Shown here piece by piece: positions 49,577-61,000 of a stretch of 64,000 bases of DNA. The translations under genes and the position numbers were made by a program. The notes beneath the pieces were generated by a model, which saw only the letters and a program-made list of their open reading frames with translations, did no database searches and was not told where the DNA came from. Source of the stretch: Pirellulales bacterium (GTDB lineage: Bacteria > Planctomycetota > Planctomycetia > Pirellulales > PALSA-1355); the NCBI GenBank assembly GCA_963733035.1, contig CAVTBU010000005.1, positions 1,568,001 to 1,632,000 of the forward strand. Direction: 5' to 3'. Numbering within the stretch: the first letter of the stretch is position 1; the number at the start of each line of letters is the position of its first letter.

Positions 49577-50495
49577 ATGGCTCGCAATCGATGGCTCGTG
49601 GCGGCTTTGGGGCTGGTGACTTGGTTGGCGCTCGGGAGTGTCACACGCGCCCAGTTGGGCTCGGGCGAGTTCAGTCCGCCTTCGGCAGGCAGGGCGCTCA
49701 TCAACGACACACGCGTTGATGCGCCGGACGACGACGATCCCTTTGGCGGTGGCGAAGTGGCGCCCGCCGACAATCCGTTTGCCGCGCCGGCCAAACCGGG
49801 TGTGAAAAAAGCGACTGACAAGCCGACCTCCGATGACAATCCGTTTGGCGATAGCAGCCGGGAACAAAAGCCTAGACGCGCCAGGAAGCCGTCCAAATCT
49901 CCCAAGGCCGCACCGCGCGAATCAAACCGGGGTTTACGCCCAAGCAGCAACGAGCGAGTGCGCGACGCACTTGCATCCCCGACACGGATGGAATTCACGG
50001 AAATGCCTTTGCAGGACGCCGTGGTCGTATCTTGAAGGACGTATCACGACATTGAAATCCAAATCGACAATCCGCGCTTTGGAAGACGCTGGCGTGGGCA
50101 GCGAAACACCGGTCACGCGAAACCTAAACGGGATTCCGCTGAAGTCGGCGCTGCGACTGTTGCTCAGCGAGTACGATTTGGACTATGTCATTCGCGACGA
50201 CGTGCTGATGATCACGACTAACGACGTGGCGAGCAATTGGTTGGAGCTCGAGGTCTACGATGTTTCGGACCGGGTCGGCCCAGGGGTGAACGCCCAAGAA
50301 GTGGCCGCGACGCTGTCGATGCTGCATCAGCCCGTCGTTCAGGGAATGGGTGGGGGAATGGTCATGCCGTCCGACCTGAAAATCAGGATCGTGCCATTTC
50401 ACAACCTGTTGATCGTGTATGCCCCGCAGCACGAGCACGAGAAGATTGAGGACCTGTTCTCGCAGATCAAAGCGAAGCTGAACGCCGACGACTAG
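49577..50495 (+). CDS. Exported STN/secretin-N-like protein (indels near 50020-50075)
   Basis: Signal peptide, DPF/NPF-rich linker and FTEMPLQDAV, then in another frame IPLKSALRLLL..LDYVIRDDVLMITT and VYDVSD. Confidence 0.7.
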
Positions 50496-51367
50496 CCCGG
50501 CTCGTACGGCTCCATGTGAACCAGCACGTCGCGCACCGCCGGCACGTACTGCCGCACGGCGCCTTTCACCTTGCCGCTGAGGATGTGGGCGTCGTGCAAC
50601 GATAGCAATGGATCGGCCTGCACGTGCAGGTCGACCAGCAGTTCGGTGCCGAACCGGCGTACGCGCAGCTTTTCGGTTGCGCATACGCCTTCGACCGATC
50701 GGGCGGCCCGTTCGATCTCCTCCAGCAGCGCGGCCTCGGGCATGCGGTCCATCAAGTCGTTAACGGCCGACCTCAGGAACCGGCCGCCGTTGAGCGCGAT
50801 AATCGTCGCCGCGGCGATGGCGGCCCAGTCGTCCGCCGTGGCCCAGCCAGGGCCTCCCCAAATGGCCAGCGCGATGCCCACGAACGCGGCGGCCGAAGTG
50901 ATGGCGTCGCTGCGGTGATGCCAGGCGTCTGCCATCACCACGTGGCTTTGCGCCTCGCGGCCCACTTTGAAAACCTTGCGAAACAGTACCTCTTTGATGA
51001 GCACCACGCCGGCCAGCACGAACAGCGTGAAGGGCAGGGGGGCATGGTGCGGCGTGCCGATTTCGTGAACTGCGGCAATCGTGATGCCGATGGCGGCGCC
51101 GAGCAACATGAGCGCCACGGCCGCCGTGGCCAACGCTTCGGCCTTGCCGTGACCGTAGGGGTGCGACTCGTCGGGTGGCAGGGCCGAAACGTGCAATCCG
51201 CCCCACACGATCAGAGAAGCGAAAATATCCGTCGACGACTCGACGGCGTCGGCCACCAGGGCATAGGAATGCCCTACGATTCCGGCGGCCAACTTGGCGA
51301 CCACCAGCGCAGCATTAACAAACAGTCCTGCCTGTGCCGCACGGATGCCAGAAGTGAAATGCCTCAC
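50492..51367 (-). CDS. Cation diffusion facilitator transporter (FieF-like)
   Basis: SYALVADAVES, HPYGHGKAE, ADAWHHRSD and DVLVHMEP. Confidence 0.93.
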   Translation of the reverse strand: MRHFTSGIRAAQAGLFVNAALVVAKLAAGIVGHSYALVADAVESSTDIFASLIVWGGLHVSALPPDESHPYGHGKAEALATAAVALMLLGAAIGITIAAVHEIGTPHHAPLPFTLFVLAGVVLIKEVLFRKVFKVGREAQSHVVMADAWHHRSDAITSAAAFVGIALAIWGGPGWATADDWAAIAAATIIALNGGRFLRSAVNDLMDRMPEAALLEEIERAARSVEGVCATEKLRVRRFGTELLVDLHVQADPLLSLHDAHILSGKVKGAVRQYVPAVRDVLVHMEPYEPG

Positions 51368-51757
51368 GGCCGTAGTTTAGCAGGCGGTGTGCCCGTTGGG
51401 GACGGGGTGCGGTACGTCATGTTCCTGTCCCGAACAGAGTCGGGCGCCGCCGTGCAAATCGGCATCAACCGTGACAATCGGACTCTCGGCCGGCCTACGA
51501 CGTTCATCATTGTGCCAACCCGCGCAGCCGAACCCCCGCGGAGCGAAACTTCGCATCGCCGCACTATAGCCTGGGGGACCTTGCGGCCGATGTAAAGTTT
51601 GCCGCTCATGGAGGAGTCTGAGGATTGGGTTGTCCGCCCGCACAGGCCAAGTGCGCTGGCGCGATCGATCCGGCTCGCCAATTCCTTGGGAGGCAAATCG
51701 TTCCAGTCAGGGAACCGACGTGTCCGCAACTTTTGGCGCAGGCCCCTGACATTACTT

Positions 51758-53352
51758 GTGAATAAACAAATTCCCAACTACCTGCGGCTGGTGTCCGATA
51801 CTAGCTTGCAGCCGCGTACGACGCAGAACGAGGACCTGGCCGCGCTCGACCACGTGTCTCAGAGTTTCGCCCGAGCCACGGGGTGGCAACTCGAGTACGC
51901 CGCCGGTCCACCGCCCTCGGTAACAACGAGCCTGATGTGGTCCGCCCCGGTCGATCCGGGCGTTGGAACCTCTCCCGGGCACATTAGGCTCTTATTTCCC
52001 GAGGAGCGTAAGTCGTCTGAAAATCACGCCAAGCCGTCACTGTCGCTCGAGCAGGCCGCGCCGTTGGCCGAAGCCATCGGACAGCTGTGGGGCGAAGTGC
52101 TTCACACCCGGCATGCCCTGCGTCAGCGTGAAGCCGAACTTGCCGCTGGCGTTCCGCTGGTCGTGCGCGATGACGATGCCCGCGCCCCGTCGCTCGCCGA
52201 GCGACTAGAATCGGTACTCAAGGGCGGCGCCGAAGCGATCGGCTGCCAGGCTGCCGCGCTCTACCTGTTGGACGACGCGACAAGCGAGCTCAAGTTGCGC
52301 TCGAGCTGGGGTCTGCCGCGGCGGCGGTTGGCCGATCCGGCGCGGCCCTTGCGCCGGCGCTGGCGGATCTCGAGGCATTGCTGGGGCACGCCGTGGTGAT
52401 GAACGAACCGGCGCTCTTCGACTATTGGAAAGTGCCGCAAGAGGGTTTCCGGTCGTGTGTCTGCGTGCCGGTTGCCAGTCCGTCGATGCCGCTGGGCACA
52501 CTCTGGATCTTCAGCGAACGCGTTCGCGACTTCACTGACGCAGAGACGAATATCGTGGAAGTTGTCGCCGGCCGCCTGGCCTCGGATTTGGAACGCGAAA
52601 CCCTGGTGGACGAGGCCGTATCCGCCAGGGAAAACTCGCAGCAGATCGCTCGCGGACAGCGCGCCCAGCAGGAACATCTGCCCAGCGTGCCGCCGATGGT
52701 CGAAGGCTGGGAAGTTGCCGCCCGGGCATATCATGCCGCGCCGGTCGGCGGTTCGTTTTACGATTGGTTCGCGCTGGACGACGGTAGCCTTTCGATCGTG
52801 GCTGGCGACTTGCGGCAGACGGGTATCGAAGGAGCCATGGCGGCAAACCTGCTTCGTGGCGCCGCGAGGGCATTTGGCACGGACCGCAAGGCGGCGCATG
52901 AATTCGCACAAAAGGCGAGCCAGATTCTCTGGTCGGCCACTTCCGGCGATGCCGCGGCGGGGCTTTTTCACGGCGTGCTCGAACCGAAGGCCGGCGTACT
53001 CGAGTTCTGTTCCGCCGGACCGGTGCGCGTGATGAGCCTCGGCACTGATTCGTACGTGGTGTTGGAAGGTCCCTCGGCGGCGCTCGGCGAACAAGAGTTG
53101 GTTCGACTTGCGACCCGGCACCATCCCGTCGGCGACGGCGAATTGATCGTATGCTATGGCACGACGTTCTTGGGCGAGGCCGACGAGCAAATGTTGGCCG
53201 CGTTCGACCAAAGGCTGGCCCTGGCCCTGGAACCTTACTGCGGGCGACCGCTCAGCAAGTTGGCCGACGTGGCCGGCGAGATCCTCGATGGCTATCTCCA
53301 CGGCCAACTGGCCGACCGAGTGATCCTGCTCATTCGCCGCCAACGGGATTAG
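51758..53352 (+). CDS. GAF plus PP2C/SpoIIE-like (RsbU-type) phosphatase (frameshift near 52355)
   Basis: GAF motifs AALYLLD...CVPV..PLGTLW and PP2C-like VGGSFYDWF, IVAGD, FCSAG. Some metal-binding Asp residues look degenerate. Start uncertain. Confidence 0.8.
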
Positions 53353-53476
53353 TTGCGGCGACCGAAAACGCGCCGGGCTGCCGCCGGTTCCGTTCAGCAT
53401 CCGTGCAAATCTGAAGTTGCCGATTGCTGCCCAATGAAACGTTCCCCCCACCGATTGCCCCTCAAACCCGATCGCC

Positions 53477-53504
53477 TTGACGGCCGCGCTAAATGCCGTA
53501 GACT
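53477..53504 (+). promoter_or_regulatory. Sigma70-type promoter of tRNA-Leu
   Basis: TTGACG-N16-TAGACT, ending 21 nt before the tRNA. Confidence 0.6.
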
Positions 53505-53525
53505 TCGGACATAGCCAACTTTGAC

Positions 53526-53609
<84 letters not shown>

Positions 53610-53757
53610 GTATTTACAACGTTAGCAACAGGCTAGGAACCAAGCGCTTTTCAACGGCCGGCCACGGGAATGCCCAGCAGTCGTTCGGCTTCGGCTCGGA
53701 AGTGAACAAGCCCGTTGAATGGAGCCGTTGTCGCGGTGGGCGTAGAGTGCGGCGCGG

Positions 53758-53975
53758 TCAGCGGAAGTCGCGCCAGTTGGGGAGGCCGCTGCGCGTACCT
53801 TGGCGGTTTCGAGCGCGTTGAAGGTTTAGGAGTCGAATTCGCCGCGGATCCATTCCAACAGGTGGTTCTGGTTTTTGGTGCTTGGGATCATGGATGATTA
53901 GCAGAAAGTCGGCGTATCCCCAAGGGCCCTCCCACGTCTTCGGGCGGATAGGCACGGGCGCCTTCGAGGCAGCGA
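53758..53975 (-). pseudogene. Remnant of a plasmid pRiA4b ORF3-like gene (C-terminal part)
   Basis: PEDVG/GPWGYADFLLIIHDPKH...W..GEFDS..F..AKV, read across frames. Confidence 0.6.
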
Positions 53976-54259
53976 GGGTACTTCGTGCTAGCCTCTGGGG
54001 GCTGCTTGCCCTCGCAGGCGACTTAATCGTTCGCCGACGGTTTGACTGCCATGCCAAAAGGAAGATTGAATTGTCCAATTCCGCTGCCGTACGTCCCGAA
54101 GCTTTGGACGAATTGATATTGGGCTAGCGCACCTTGGCTGTCGAAGAACAAAACGCCGCCACAATGCAGCCATGTCGAAAGGCGTTGTCGAATTCAATTG
54201 GGTATCCTAGTTCTGATTCGCGAATAGCTCATGGCGCACAAAACCCGGCATTCAAAGAC

Positions 54260-55045
54260 TCAATTGCTATGCGTACTACGGCGAAACTGTGACCAAACTG
54301 CAACGAGCAACATCGCAGTCACCCCAAGCGTTACCGCGCTGGGTTCCGGGACGCCGACGATTAGTGTGCCGCCAGTAAATGAGTTCGGAAGGTGGTCAGT
54401 AAAATCTCCGGCGCCCTCGGCGTTGTTGGTGTATGTTCCCCAGGGGTTCCCCGAGATCGGCGTAACTTCGATTGTTGTGGGCGACAATCCGGTTCTTTCT
54501 ACTACCAATGAGCCGATAAGGGTTGGATAGCCTAGAGCATCTGCAGCGCCCGCGCCCGGCCGACTTGGCTCGCCGTATTGGCGATTCTTCGCTTCACCCG
54601 GGGACGCTTCCACGATGATGCTCTTCAAGTCGTTCGTGTCGATGCCAAAGTCGGCATTGCTGAATTGCCAGTGCATCTGTGCGCCGCCGATCGAAGGACC
54701 GTTGCTGTCGAACTGGTTAAGGTTGGGCGCCAGTGGATAGAAGCCATTGGCCTGGGCGGTGCCCGGGTCCATCCAGCCGGAGCTGTTCGCCAACCCCGCT
54801 CCCAATTCAACATTGAACAGCGCGGTCCAAAAATCCTCGTCAACCGCGGCGTCGGCCAATGTCATGCGAAATTCAATTTGCAAGAAGCCGCCTGCTGGAG
54901 TGGACGCTCCATTGTCGGGCAACGCTCCCAATGGGGCGAGCGTGCTGCTGAAGCTCTGCACGTAGTGCGGATCAATTTGCAGCGTGGCGGCCTGCGTCGC
55001 AGTTGCAAACGTGATTGCGACCAAAAAGGCGGTGAATCGAATCAT
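54260..55045 (-). CDS. PEP-CTERM protein (canonical tail), possible cohesin-like fold
   Basis: Signal peptide MIRFTAFL...ATQA and tail VPEPSAVTLGVTAMLLVAVWSQFRR. Starts 3 nt after the giant ORF stop. Confidence 0.88.
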   Translation of the reverse strand: MIRFTAFLVAITFATATQAATLQIDPHYVQSFSSTLAPLGALPDNGASTPAGGFLQIEFRMTLADAAVDEDFWTALFNVELGAGLANSSGWMDPGTAQANGFYPLAPNLNQFDSNGPSIGGAQMHWQFSNADFGIDTNDLKSIIVEASPGEAKNRQYGEPSRPGAGAADALGYPTLIGSLVVERTGLSPTTIEVTPISGNPWGTYTNNAEGAGDFTDHLPNSFTGGTLIVGVPEPSAVTLGVTAMLLVAVWSQFRRSTHSN

Positions 55046-55048
55046 TGT

Positions 55049-58000
55049 TTATTTCTCTGCGTGATACTTATTGGGGCCGGTGTGGACCGCAGGTTCTGGT
55101 TCGTTTCTGTGTCTGAAGTCGGGGGCCTTTGCCAAAATGCCTGTCTTTGCAGCGGACGACCAGCGTGACGTCGACAAGGTTTCAAGCACTGCGTCATTGC
55201 AAACTTCCGTTGTGTCGTCGAGCAACGAATCCATCGATAGCGCAATGACTCGATCCCAGATGTGCAGCGGTGCTCTCCTTGGCGCAGCCGACAAGATGGT
55301 GGGGTCGCCTGGTGGAATCGACGTGCTCAGAGCGACAGGGCGAATCGTTTGTAACGAATTGGAGCCGATCCAGAATGACTCGGGATTGGCCAGCGGAGGC
55401 GTCGCGTCGACGCGTGTCGAGCCATCGCTGGCCGGCTCGGCGACGAGCTTCGCGCGGATCGCACTGGAGTGCTTTTCCAATGGCGATGTTGTTGTAGCGT
55501 TGTCCGGGAATGCCGTATTGAAAAGCATACGCACCGTTGTCAGCACCGGCATGGCGTTTTCAGCAAGCGTTGGCTGGTAGCCGGGAGACACCACGCCCCG
55601 AGACGGTTCTTCGTCGGGTTGTCCGACCGAATCGTCGCGTGCATTATCTCGCGTCATGGATCCCGGTTGCGCCACCGCAGACGCCGGTATCGACGTATCG
55701 GCGTCCATTGCGTTCGTGTCGTCCGATGGAAATCCTGTGCCGCCGACTGATGCGTCAAACACCGGATCGGAAACGGCCACAATTGGAGCGGCAACCAGCA
55801 AGCCCGGATCATCCGGCTCCGCACTACCAAGTGAAGGCTCCCCAACCGGAGCAGAAAAGCCAATGTATTTGCGTACCGTTGCGAGATCGGCAGCGTCAAC
55901 AAAGCCATCTCCGTTGAAGTCACCGGCAACCCAGTTCGGCCCGCCAAAATTACCGCCTGTACTGGTGCGCACCGTGGCAAGATCGGCCGCGTCGACGTGG
56001 CGATCGAGGTTGGCGTCGCCGTACTCGGTTCCTAGGATCGTATGGACCAGGTAATCGACGTCGCCATGATCGCTCAGCCCGTCGCCATTGAGGTCGGCCG
56101 CCGGGTTGTGGTTTCCAACGAGGAAGAACAGATAGTCGATGTCCTGGGCATCGACCAGACCATTGCCGTCGACGTCGCCGACTGGGGGGCTGGTCACCTC
56201 GAATTCGTAAGCGGACTGGTTCCAGTTGTCGTAGATGAAAAGTGAGTAGTGTCCGGCAACCGGCAGCATGAGCCCCTGGAAGGTTAGCACTCCGGCGTCC
56301 GAGGCCAACACATTTATTGCGCCGTTGCTCAGGTTGAAATACTCGCCGGTGTCTTCATTCACGGCGGCAACAGAAACGGAGCCGAGGTAGCTCGTTAGTA
56401 CGCCGCCCTGATCGTTGCGAGCCGTCACGGTCAGATCGAAGGGCACCCCGGACTGAATGTTTTGGGGGATCGTCTGAAATGAGAAGTTGACCGCCAAGAC
56501 ACCCAGCGGGAAGTTCGTTTCGACAACGCCATCGCGAATGGTCAGCGTCTGGTCACCGGCGGAGTCGAACGACAGCCCTTGAAACGTGTGCTGACCGAGG
56601 TCGACAGGAGTGATTACCGCCGCGGTATCTGCGCTGGTCGCGATCGGTCTCGAAGTGCTAAGCGCGATCAGGCCGGTGTAATCGGGTAGCGGTTGTCCAT
56701 CGGCGTCCAGAGCACGAATGCCAAAATCAAAAGTCTGGCCCACATAAACCACTGTGGGACTTGCCGCCGTTGCCTCAAACCGTGAAGCGACCGGAACGGT
56801 CACCAGAAACTGACCGTTGAGGTGGCCATCCGTGCTGCGGGCCAAAAGTGCATAGTTTCCCAAACTGGGTAGCACGACGTTGGTGAAAGTGACGCGTCCG
56901 TCGATGGCAGTTTGTGTGCCTCCGCCCAACACGTGCGACGTGCCGGAAGTGTCGACATAGGACAGCTCGACGGCGCCCGTATATCCGGGCGCAAAGACAC
57001 CGCGATCGTCTTCCGCTTGGAGCGTCACGTCGAACGGCTGGCCGACATCGGCCACGGTGGGAGTGTCGGCGGTGCCTCCGAACCGCGTAATCGGGTGCAC
57101 GACTATCGGGAGTTGGGTGGAGACCGCGCCGCTGGTGACGGTCAACATGTCCGTGATGGGACTGGTGCCGGGGTTGTTGAGCACGTGCGCGGGCAATGTG
57201 AAAGCGCCGGCGGCAAAGTTGCCCAACACGGAGAACACCACGTTGCCTTGATTATCGACCAGTTCAGCGGTCACTGCGTCCGCGGAATCGGCAATCAGAT
57301 TGCCGCTGCCGTCCTCGGCGGCAAGGCCACCGCTTACCATCTGGCCGGCCGTCACGTCGCTGGCGAAGCCGGACACTTTGATTTGGGACAGCGGCGTGTT
57401 GGTGACAGTCGCCGTCGGTTCGGGCAGATCAAGATAGTCGTTGGCCGAGACTTGTCCGTCGGCGCTAGTGGCCGTGAGCGAGACATTGAAGTAGCCAACG
57501 CCCGTGGGGCCAGGCATGAAAGTGATTGTCGATTGGTTGCCAGTGGCGACCACGATGTATTGATACGCCGAGGTATAGGTTGATACTTGCCAGTTGAACG
57601 AGGCGCCCGGGGCTAGTGCGCCGTCGAGCTGTGCTGTGAGCGTGACGGGCGCGTCGATTGGCCACCCGCCACTCGGCGCGCCGGCGATGTGGACTGCCAG
57701 CTCTGTCTGCGTGGGTCCGCCCCCGCTGCCCGCTTGAATGACTCCATCGGTAGCGAGGTCGTCGTCCCCGCGCCCGCCGTCGACCAGGTGCAGGATGATT
57801 TGACCGTTCGGCAGGAACTCGGCGCCGGTTGTGCTGGCGTCGTTGTCGTCGGTCTGGTGCTGGTAGAGGAAATTGTACCAGTCATAGTTGTCTGGATGAG
57901 CTGGTGTCGTGCCGTACTCACGATAGTCGGTCCAATCGCGTCCGGCCGGCGGAGTGATCGACAGCTCGGTTGCCTCGCCGGGCGTCAGTCCCTCGATTTG

Positions 58001-61000
58001 AAATTGGATTTGCCCAAGCGCGAAGTCGAGAACCGCCGCGGAGTCGTAGTAGCCTGGAGAGGACAGCGACGCGCTGAGCGTGGTCCCCGCTCGGGACTCG
58101 AGAGTCACGTAGCCACCATGGATCGTATCGGCCAGTTGCAGAACGTTCGACGCCGATGCAGTTACGGTCCACTCGAATGTTCGATCGCTGGCATGCAGTC
58201 CGTCGTCGGCATGGATCGTGACGTAAAACTGCCCGGGCAACGACGACTGAGGCGCAACCGTGCCGACGATGTGCCCTGTGGCCGGATCGATGTCCAACCC
58301 TAGCGGCAGGCCGCTGGCGGAAAATGTGATTGGCAGCCCCAGGTCGCGCTGCAACGTGATCGGCAGGTCAACCGCCGTTCCGACTGGTGTCGCCTGATCC
58401 GCGGGCGTGTCCAGAATGATCGTCGGCGCGACGGACCACTGGAAACTGATTGGGTAGACGAAGTTGATCGTCTGATCTGTCACCGTGACAGTCGCGTGGT
58501 AAGGCGAGTTGGCATCGGCGTACGCGTCGATCGTGCCGTTGATCGAGTGGCTACCGGGATCGAAGGTGAGGCCAGGCGGCAATCCGTCGGCAGCGTAAGT
58601 GAAGCTGTGGCCATACGGATTGTTGCTCACGCCGGCATAGGCGTAGACCGTGTCGCCGACAAAGCTGCTTTGGTCGCCCGGCACGTACACGCCAAAGCCA
58701 GGCTCGGTGGTCCAGTTGAAGCTAGTGGAGACCGTCGACGCGCCGTCGGTTGCGTAGACGGTAACCGAAAACGTCGGATCGTACCCGTAATACGCATGGT
58801 AGAAGTAGATCGAACCGCCGATAACTCCCGTGTTCTGATCAATGTAGAGATAGCTGGGCAGTCCCGCCGCCGAGAAGCTCAGCGTTTGGTTATTCGGATT
58901 GAGGACCTGCATGGCCAGGCTGATCGGCACGCCTTCGGGCGTCAGTTGATTGCCTGGATTGACGAGCGAGAAACTCGGCAACACGCTCCAAACAAAACTC
59001 GCGGATCCGCTGCGCGCGCCGTCGCTGGCCGACACCTCGACTGTGTAGGGAGACCCGCCAGCAGCATCAACCGAAATAGTTCCGCTTATCAATCCACTTT
59101 GTGGATCGATCGATAGCCCGGCTGGCAGACCGGTTGCCGAATATGTTAACGGTTGGCCATAGATGCTGGTCGATTGGATCGCCAACGTCGCCGCCGATCC
59201 GGCGGTCGCCGACTGCGGACCCGGGTCGACCACGACAATGCCTGGCAACACGGTCAACGCAAAACTGCCACTGGTTGCGTTGTATCCATCGGTGACCGAG
59301 ACGGAGATTTGGTAAGGCGACGCGTTGGCGGCGGCTTCCGCCATCGAGCCGGAGATCACACCGGTCTGCGTGTCGATCGACAGGCCGGTCGGCAAGCCTG
59401 TTGCCGCGAATGTGAAAGTGCCGAGCCCCCCCAGGATTTGGATCTGAAGTGGAGCGATGTTGGCTCCGACTTGGCGCGTCTGGCTACCGGGGCCGATCCA
59501 ATCGATCGGTACAATCTCAACGTTGCTGGTCAGGCCCTCGATGCGAGGCGCGACGCCGTTTGCCAGATCGAAGGGCACGTTGTGCCAGAAAGTCGACGAA
59601 CCGTAGTACAGCGAGTCAATGCCCGCTCCGCCGTCGACATTCCCATGCACGACGCCGGCGTTATAAAAACCGTTGACAAAACTGAAGGTGTCAGCGTCCG
59701 CGCCGCCTTGCAAGTTGCCAATGCTCTGGTAGCTGACGGCCGTGCCATCCAGGTTACTCGCGGATGTATCCTGGTAGATGTTCCACGTGTTCGGTTGATC
59801 CGGGCCAATCAGAGTGTCGGCCAGGCCCGCGCCTCGGATCGAGTAGTAGAATCCATTTGGCAGACTCATGACATGAAAGACGTTGCCGCCGGCTCCGCCG
59901 CGGAATGAGGTCGAAAACCGCGTGCCGATCAAAGTAATCGGTCCGGGGGCCATTCCGCTGACAAGTGCATTGCCGTTACCGTTGGCTTGTAGATCAATGT
60001 TGCGGCCGACGGTGTCTGAGGAGTTGTCCAGCGTGAGACCGATATAGCCCTTCGTCGGATCGTTGGAATAGATGTCCACCGCTCCTCGAATCGCCTGCAT
60101 ATTGCCCGCTTGACCGAGGTTAACGATTTCGGTTCTCTGGGTGCCGGTCGGTTGCCCGCCCGGATTGATCTGCAGCGGCCCGGAGGTTCCATAGACGTCG
60201 ATCTGTTGCGTCCCGGCGCCAAGGACCGTGCCCGCCATTCCCGTATCGCTGACGACGATGGGCCCGAAGTTGATCGCGACGTGCGTGTTGTCGCCGGCGT
60301 AGCGAACGTCCCAGTACACAGTGCTGCCGGATTGCAACCTCAGGGAAAGCTGATCGTTCTGGATGGGATCCAAATACAGCGTCCCCGCCGGGGTGGTCGG
60401 AAATGGAGTACCGACAGGTGTCTTGTCAACCGAGAGCTCGATGGCGTGGGGCTGCGACGGATCTTCGCTGATGTTGATCTGCGGAGCCCCGCTGAGGCCG
60501 GGAATCGCCGCGTATTGTGTCGGCATGAGCGCGACATTCCAGGCGCCGATGATATTGATCGGCGCCGAGGAGTTCGCGACCGTGCTGGCTGCGCCTGCGT
60601 AGAGATTCATAGTCGGCGGTGCGGCCGCGACGTCGTACGAGCTCATCGCGCTGCCGCGCACGCTTAGATTGTGAGCGCGATTGTAAAACGTGCTGAAATA
60701 GATCGGCGCCGGGGCAAAGTTGTTCAGCTCTTTGTAAAATGCCAGTGCGCTATAGTACTCGTTGTGCGTGCTGGTCACGATGCTGTAGGGCGCTGCTGAA
60801 TAGGTGTGCGCCGTGAAGCTAACCTGCTGCCGCGAGCTTTCGGCGCTGCCGTCGATGGTCGTCACTGTGGCGGAGTTCAGATGTGAGTCGCCGGCCAGTA
60901 GAACAGGACCGTCCAGTCCTTGCACGCTGCCGGCACTTCCCAAGGTTAACTGAGGAACGGACCAGCCATCGTCCCAAGACAAGTGGCCGGTCGGCTGACC

